Shown: positions 59,941 through 64,000 of the stretch, piece by piece
How positions within the stretch are numbered: the stretch's first letter is position 1
Layout: each line of letters opens with the position of its first letter
Source of the DNA: Flavobacteriales bacterium
GTDB lineage: Bacteria; Bacteroidota; Bacteroidia; CAIKAF01
Length of the DNA: 64,000 bases
NCBI GenBank assembly: GCA_022402535.1
Contig: JAKRSD010000023.1
Location: forward strand, 30,741 to 94,740
Direction of reading: 5' to 3'
Notes under the pieces: model-generated
Databases searched by the model: none
Told to the model about the DNA's origin: nothing
What the model saw: only the letters and a program-made list of their open reading frames with translations
Position numbers and translations under genes: made by a program

Positions 59941-61578
59941 CTAACTTCCATTCTTTCTATACTGAAGCGGGGTAGTACCCGTAAACTTTTTGAAGGCGTT
60001 ATAGAAAGATGATTTATTACTGAAACCACATAAGGAGGCGATAGCCTCTTGGCTATATTGGGTAATAATTTCGTCATCGGACAGAAGCTTTTTGGCATGG
60101 GCAATCCGAAAGGAATTGACAAAATCGAAAAAGTGCATTTCGCTGCAACTGTTCACGGCATTGGATATGGCATGCGGACTCTGATGAAGCGATGAGGCCA
60201 CGGTTTCCATTCTCAGTTTTGAATTTAGATATGGTTTTTCCGTTTCAAAATAGTGTACAATCGCTCCAAATAATTTCAAGACTTGTTCATCGGCTCCGCC
60301 AGGTTTTTCTATGAGTATACCCGTTTCGGTTTTGCCATTTTCCAAAACCGATGCCTCATCGGCTTGGCCCGTTTCAATTTCAGGAATCTTCAATACATTA
60401 ATCCTTTTTACATAACTGATTAAGCAAAAGAGTGTTACTGAAGTTTCCCAGATCAACACCCCGAAAATGATATTTTCCGACATTCCATTGTACGGAATTA
60501 ACTTAAAATTTCTGAGAATAAAAATCAGCAAAACGGCCACAACGGGTATCTGACCTATTAAAAAATACAAGCCCGGCGGGTGTTTTTGAATGGCCGCTTT
60601 ATAGGCTGCATAGAGCAGCACCAAAAATCCAAACGGTGAAATCAGATAAAATATAAGGGCACCGATTCGCTTAGCTTCAATCCCTATGGGCAAAAAAACT
60701 AACCCCATAAAAACGGTCATGACCCATGCGGTAATTTTTAAAAAACGGGCCACTTTTTTCCCAGCTAATTCATTCACATCCAGCAATCCATAGCCAAAAC
60801 CCAACATGGATAAATACCCGGGAATAGTCCAAAAAAACCGGAAATCATTCATCATATACAGCATGGAATCGGGTAAAATAAATACGCCCCATCCTAAGTT
60901 AAAAGCTTGATGTAGCAATGTAAACACAACATAAAACACATAAAACACAAACCAACGGATTCGATAAAGAAAATACTGTCCGAGAACATAAAGAGCCTGC
61001 AAAAAAAGACCTCCCAGCAGGAAGAAAAAAAGGTAATTTTCCCATAACAGCTTTTTGTACAGTTCTCCGGCAGAAAGAATGCTCAACCTTGTCTTCAATG
61101 AAGCACCATGGTTTTTAAACTTTACATATATTACTTTGCCTTCTCCCTCTTCCGGCAATTGAAAAACAAAGTGATTCAGTGAAAACTCCCGACTCGAAAC
61201 CGGAAAATACAAACCGGTTCTTTGATGCGTAATCAACGAATCTCCTTCCAGTAAAAAATACTCCACTTCATTCACCGCCTGATGATGAACCAACAGATAA
61301 TGAGGCACTTCTTGAAATTTTTCACCTGTCGGTGGCTGAATTTTTATCAGACATCCTTCATCAAAGTAACTCAACTGTACATTGTCCGCTGATTTAAACA
61401 ATTGCTCATTCAATTGATTAAAAGGCGTTTCTATATCCCCGGAATAAACCAGAAACGAAATATTTTTCTGTGAATAAGAATTGGAAGCACACAAAACCCA
61501 CGTAGCAAGCCAAACAAAAAGTTGCAAAACTCTTTTGGGCTTTGAAAAATAACCGGTTATATGTAGCGTCACCCCCAC
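59941..61578 (-). CDS. 7TM-DISM-type membrane sensor fused to AraC-family HTH transcriptional regulator
   Basis: Signal peptide and extracellular domain, seven TM helices, and a C-terminal AraC HTH (FRIAHAKKLL...SSFYNAFKKFTGTTPLQYRK). Confidence 0.7.
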   Translation of the reverse strand: MGVTLHITGYFSKPKRVLQLFVWLATWVLCASNSYSQKNISFLVYSGDIETPFNQLNEQLFKSADNVQLSYFDEGCLIKIQPPTGEKFQEVPHYLLVHHQAVNEVEYFLLEGDSLITHQRTGLYFPVSSREFSLNHFVFQLPEEGEGKVIYVKFKNHGASLKTRLSILSAGELYKKLLWENYLFFFLLGGLFLQALYVLGQYFLYRIRWFVFYVFYVVFTLLHQAFNLGWGVFILPDSMLYMMNDFRFFWTIPGYLSMLGFGYGLLDVNELAGKKVARFLKITAWVMTVFMGLVFLPIGIEAKRIGALIFYLISPFGFLVLLYAAYKAAIQKHPPGLYFLIGQIPVVAVLLIFILRNFKLIPYNGMSENIIFGVLIWETSVTLFCLISYVKRINVLKIPEIETGQADEASVLENGKTETGILIEKPGGADEQVLKLFGAIVHYFETEKPYLNSKLRMETVASSLHQSPHAISNAVNSCSEMHFFDFVNSFRIAHAKKLLSDDEIITQYSQEAIASLCGFSNKSSFYNAFKKFTGTTPLQYRKNGS

Positions 61579-61614
61579 CGGTTAAAAGTAATGATTTATA
61601 ATATCCCTAACCTA

Positions 61615-62829
61615 CTACAGGTAAGTTTTCATAAACTCGGACACCGAGTCGCACATATGGTTAAGTTGCTCTTGGCTCAATCCCTGATGACAACCCAATA
61701 ACATTCCCCCGCCCATCACCTTATCGGCTTCAGCATATCCGCCTTGTGCGCGTTTGCATGCAATATTTTTAAACCCGGGCTGCCTGAGGATATTTCCCGT
61801 AAAGACGGTACGGGTCTGAATATTGCGTTTCTCTAAGAATATCTGTAAATCTTTACGGATGAAAGGGGCATTTTCACGAAGGGTAACGGGGAAAGCCAAC
61901 CATCCGGTACGGGAATCTTTCAATTGCTCCGGAAGAATAAAAAACGCCTCATACTGAGCAAAGAAATTTCTCAGGTGATTATAATTGTGAATCCGGGTAT
62001 CGATATTCGCCTGTAATTTGGCCACCTGAACTAACCCGAAAGCAGCCCCCATTTCCGAAGGCTCCACATTGTAACCCGGCTCTTCAAACACAAACTTGGC
62101 ATCGTAAGGAATTCCGTCCACCTCTACATTAAAGCGGTTTTCAATTTTTTCAGATTCCACAAAAAGCGAAGAACTTCTTCCCCAGCTTCTGAGTAGTTTT
62201 CCCCGGCGAAGATGTTCGTCGTCGTTCACACACAACATGCCTCCGTTTCCTCCGCAGTTTACCACATGCGATCCATAAAAGCTGGTCGTACTCATATCCG
62301 TAAACCTTCCACTGCTGCTTCCTCCGATTTCTGCACCCAGTGTATCGGCAGAATCTTCCAACACAAACAGATTATATTTATCGGCTATGCGTCTCAGCTC
62401 TTGCCAGTCAGGTAAATTACCGATCAGGTTGGGAATAAAAAGTGCCTTGGTTTTAGGCGTAATCATTTCTTCCACCTTATTCACATCTATATTATAGGTG
62501 CCTTCTTCTACATCCACAAAAGCAGGTATCCATCCTTTTTTCACCAAAGGAGCCACGGTTGTGCTGAATGTAAGTACCGGAGTAATTATTTCCGAACCCT
62601 CAGGAAAATCAAGCAAATCGGCCGCCAGATACAATGCCGTAGAACCGGAATTCAACATGATGCCATGCTTTTTGGCATATAATGCGGCCACTTTTTCTTC
62701 CATTTCGCGCACGTGTTTCCCCATCTGGGTTGTTGTGCGGAGTACATTGACTACGGCGGCTATTTCATCTTCGCCATGTACACTTTTACCATACGGTACA
62801 TGAATATATTGAGTTGTTTCGGTTGACAT
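61615..62829 (-). CDS. DegT/DnrJ/EryC1/StrS-family PLP enzyme (RfbH/CDP-4-keto-6-deoxyglucose-3-dehydrase-like)
   Basis: Fold-type I aminotransferase/dehydrase signatures (LNSGSTALYLA, SFYGSHVVNCGGNGGM). 404 aa. Confidence 0.75.
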   Translation of the reverse strand: MSTETTQYIHVPYGKSVHGEDEIAAVVNVLRTTTQMGKHVREMEEKVAALYAKKHGIMLNSGSTALYLAADLLDFPEGSEIITPVLTFSTTVAPLVKKGWIPAFVDVEEGTYNIDVNKVEEMITPKTKALFIPNLIGNLPDWQELRRIADKYNLFVLEDSADTLGAEIGGSSSGRFTDMSTTSFYGSHVVNCGGNGGMLCVNDDEHLRRGKLLRSWGRSSSLFVESEKIENRFNVEVDGIPYDAKFVFEEPGYNVEPSEMGAAFGLVQVAKLQANIDTRIHNYNHLRNFFAQYEAFFILPEQLKDSRTGWLAFPVTLRENAPFIRKDLQIFLEKRNIQTRTVFTGNILRQPGFKNIACKRAQGGYAEADKVMGGGMLLGCHQGLSQEQLNHMCDSVSEFMKTYL

Positions 62830-63023
62830 GCGTTTTGAAATTTTGTGCTAAATACTTCAATTTTAAACAAACCAACAAATAGCCCCATCCTAAAGTTTTT
62901 TTAAAATCGTTCTTCCCTTCTTTTTCAGAGGGCTGCAAAAGAAAGTTCCCATATTCTTTATAGAAGATAATCGCCCAGTTACAAATTTAGGATTTACCTT
63001 CACGGCCCAAATATTTTATTAAA

Positions 63024-63470
63024 ATGACTCCATCTGAAAAAATAAACAACGATATCAAGCAAGCCATGCTGGCTAAAGATTCGGTGAAATTAGCGGCGCT
63101 TCGTGCCATTAAATCAGCCATTCTATTAGCCCAGACCTCGGGCAAAAATGCCGAAATAGGAGAAGACGATTTTCTGGCCATCATCAATAAAATGGTAAAA
63201 CAAAGACAAGACAGCATTACCGTTTATGAGCAACAAAACCGTCCGGACCTGGCCGAAGAAGAAAAACTTCAATTGGATGTGATTAAACAATTTCTGCCCG
63301 CACAGCTTTCTGATGAAGAATTGGAAAGTGCTGTAAAAGAAATCCTGCAAAAGATCGGGGCTAATTCCCCGGCAGATTTCGGAAAAGCCATGGGAGCCGC
63401 ATCGAAGGAACTCTCCGGAAAAGCGGACAATAAAAGGGTTTCACAAATCATAAAAACCATTTTAGGATAA
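63024..63470 (+). CDS. GatB/YqeY domain-containing protein
   Basis: 148 aa with the YqeY family pattern (DIKQAMLAKD...LAALRAIKSAI...VYEQQNRPDLAEEE). Confidence 0.85.
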   Translation: MTPSEKINNDIKQAMLAKDSVKLAALRAIKSAILLAQTSGKNAEIGEDDFLAIINKMVKQRQDSITVYEQQNRPDLAEEEKLQLDVIKQFLPAQLSDEELESAVKEILQKIGANSPADFGKAMGAASKELSGKADNKRVSQIIKTILG

Positions 63471-63543
63471 CCCGGCTTTTTAAACGCAAAATTTCTGATT
63501 CATTTTATTCAATTATCTTTCCGCCCCAAAACAATCTAGTATA

Positions 63544-64000
63544 TGGCAAAAAATCTGGTCATCGTTGAGTCTCCCGCAAAAGCAAAAACAATTGAAGGAT
63601 TTTTAGGCAAAGATTTTATTGTAAAATCAAGCTATGGCCACGTCAGAGATTTATCAGAAAAAGGCATTTCCATTGAAATTGATAAAGGGTTTTTACCCAA
63701 CTACGAAATTTCGGCGGACAAGAAAAAAGTAATTTCCGAACTCAAAAAACTGGCAGACCAATCCGAAACCGTATGGTTGGCATCGGATGAGGACCGTGAA
63801 GGAGAAGCCATTTCCTGGCATTTATATGAATCGCTGAAACTTAAACCCGAAAAAACCAAACGGATTGTTTTCAACGAAATCACCAAAAAAGCCATTTTAT
63901 CTGCTATTGAAAAGCCCCGAAACATTGATTTAAACCTGGTGAATGCCCAACAGGCACGCCGTGTGTTAGACCGTTTGGTGGGCTACGAAATATCCCCCGT
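63544..64000 (+). CDS. topA: DNA topoisomerase I (N-terminal part; continues beyond the window)
   Basis: MAKNLVIVESPAKAKTIEGFLGKDF...SYGHVRDL Toprim domain N-terminus. Confidence 0.9.

Overview
This 64-kb window reads as Bacteroidetes-type chromosomal DNA (Sphingobacteriia/Chitinophagia-like gene content), with about 50 genes densely packed on both strands. All calls rest on reading the six-frame ORFs and the raw sequence; no database search was run, so product names are motif-based inferences.

Housekeeping genes:
- gatB, lpxK, mazG and a purine nucleoside phosphorylase.
- zupT, a membrane H+-pyrophosphatase, accD, trmD, class-I fructose-bisphosphate aldolase, and a partial topA at the window end.
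- A fatty-acid beta-oxidation pair: thiolase followed by the multifunctional hydroxyacyl-CoA dehydrogenase/enoyl-CoA hydratase.
- A cell-envelope glycan (LPS/O-antigen-like) locus at 46.5-57.5 kb with GT4/GT2 glycosyltransferases, two Wzy/WaaL-like membrane proteins, a PglC-like phosphoglycosyl transferase and a DegT aminotransferase. It ends in a RelE/ParE toxin-antitoxin pair.

The region that most deserves a second look is a visibly AT-rich block at about 31.8-38.5 kb:
- It is bounded by roughly 200-bp MITE-like direct repeats.
- It carries a DUF2971-like protein and two families of paralogous small secreted proteins or lipoproteins.
- One family member is interrupted by an in-frame TAG.
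- A fragment duplicating part of a nearby gene sits at the right boundary.
- This looks like a horizontally acquired, fast-evolving accessory island, possibly an orphan immunity/effector-like array.

Other observations:
- Inverted arrays of YRATACT heptamers bracket a second heptamer array (TGCCTAT/TCCCTTT, about 27 units) and a small ORF immediately upstream of the thiolase start.
- A 57-bp direct duplication of the 3' end of the sterol-desaturase gene flanks a 780-bp hairpin-rich noncoding insert.
- A small Cys-rich secreted peptide gene lies behind a T13 tract.
- A terminator-like hairpin recurs three times.
- A roughly 100-bp near-perfect palindrome lies upstream of an amino-acid permease.
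- A 1027-aa secreted M1-peptidase-like protein carries RMVAN in place of the HEXXH zinc motif.
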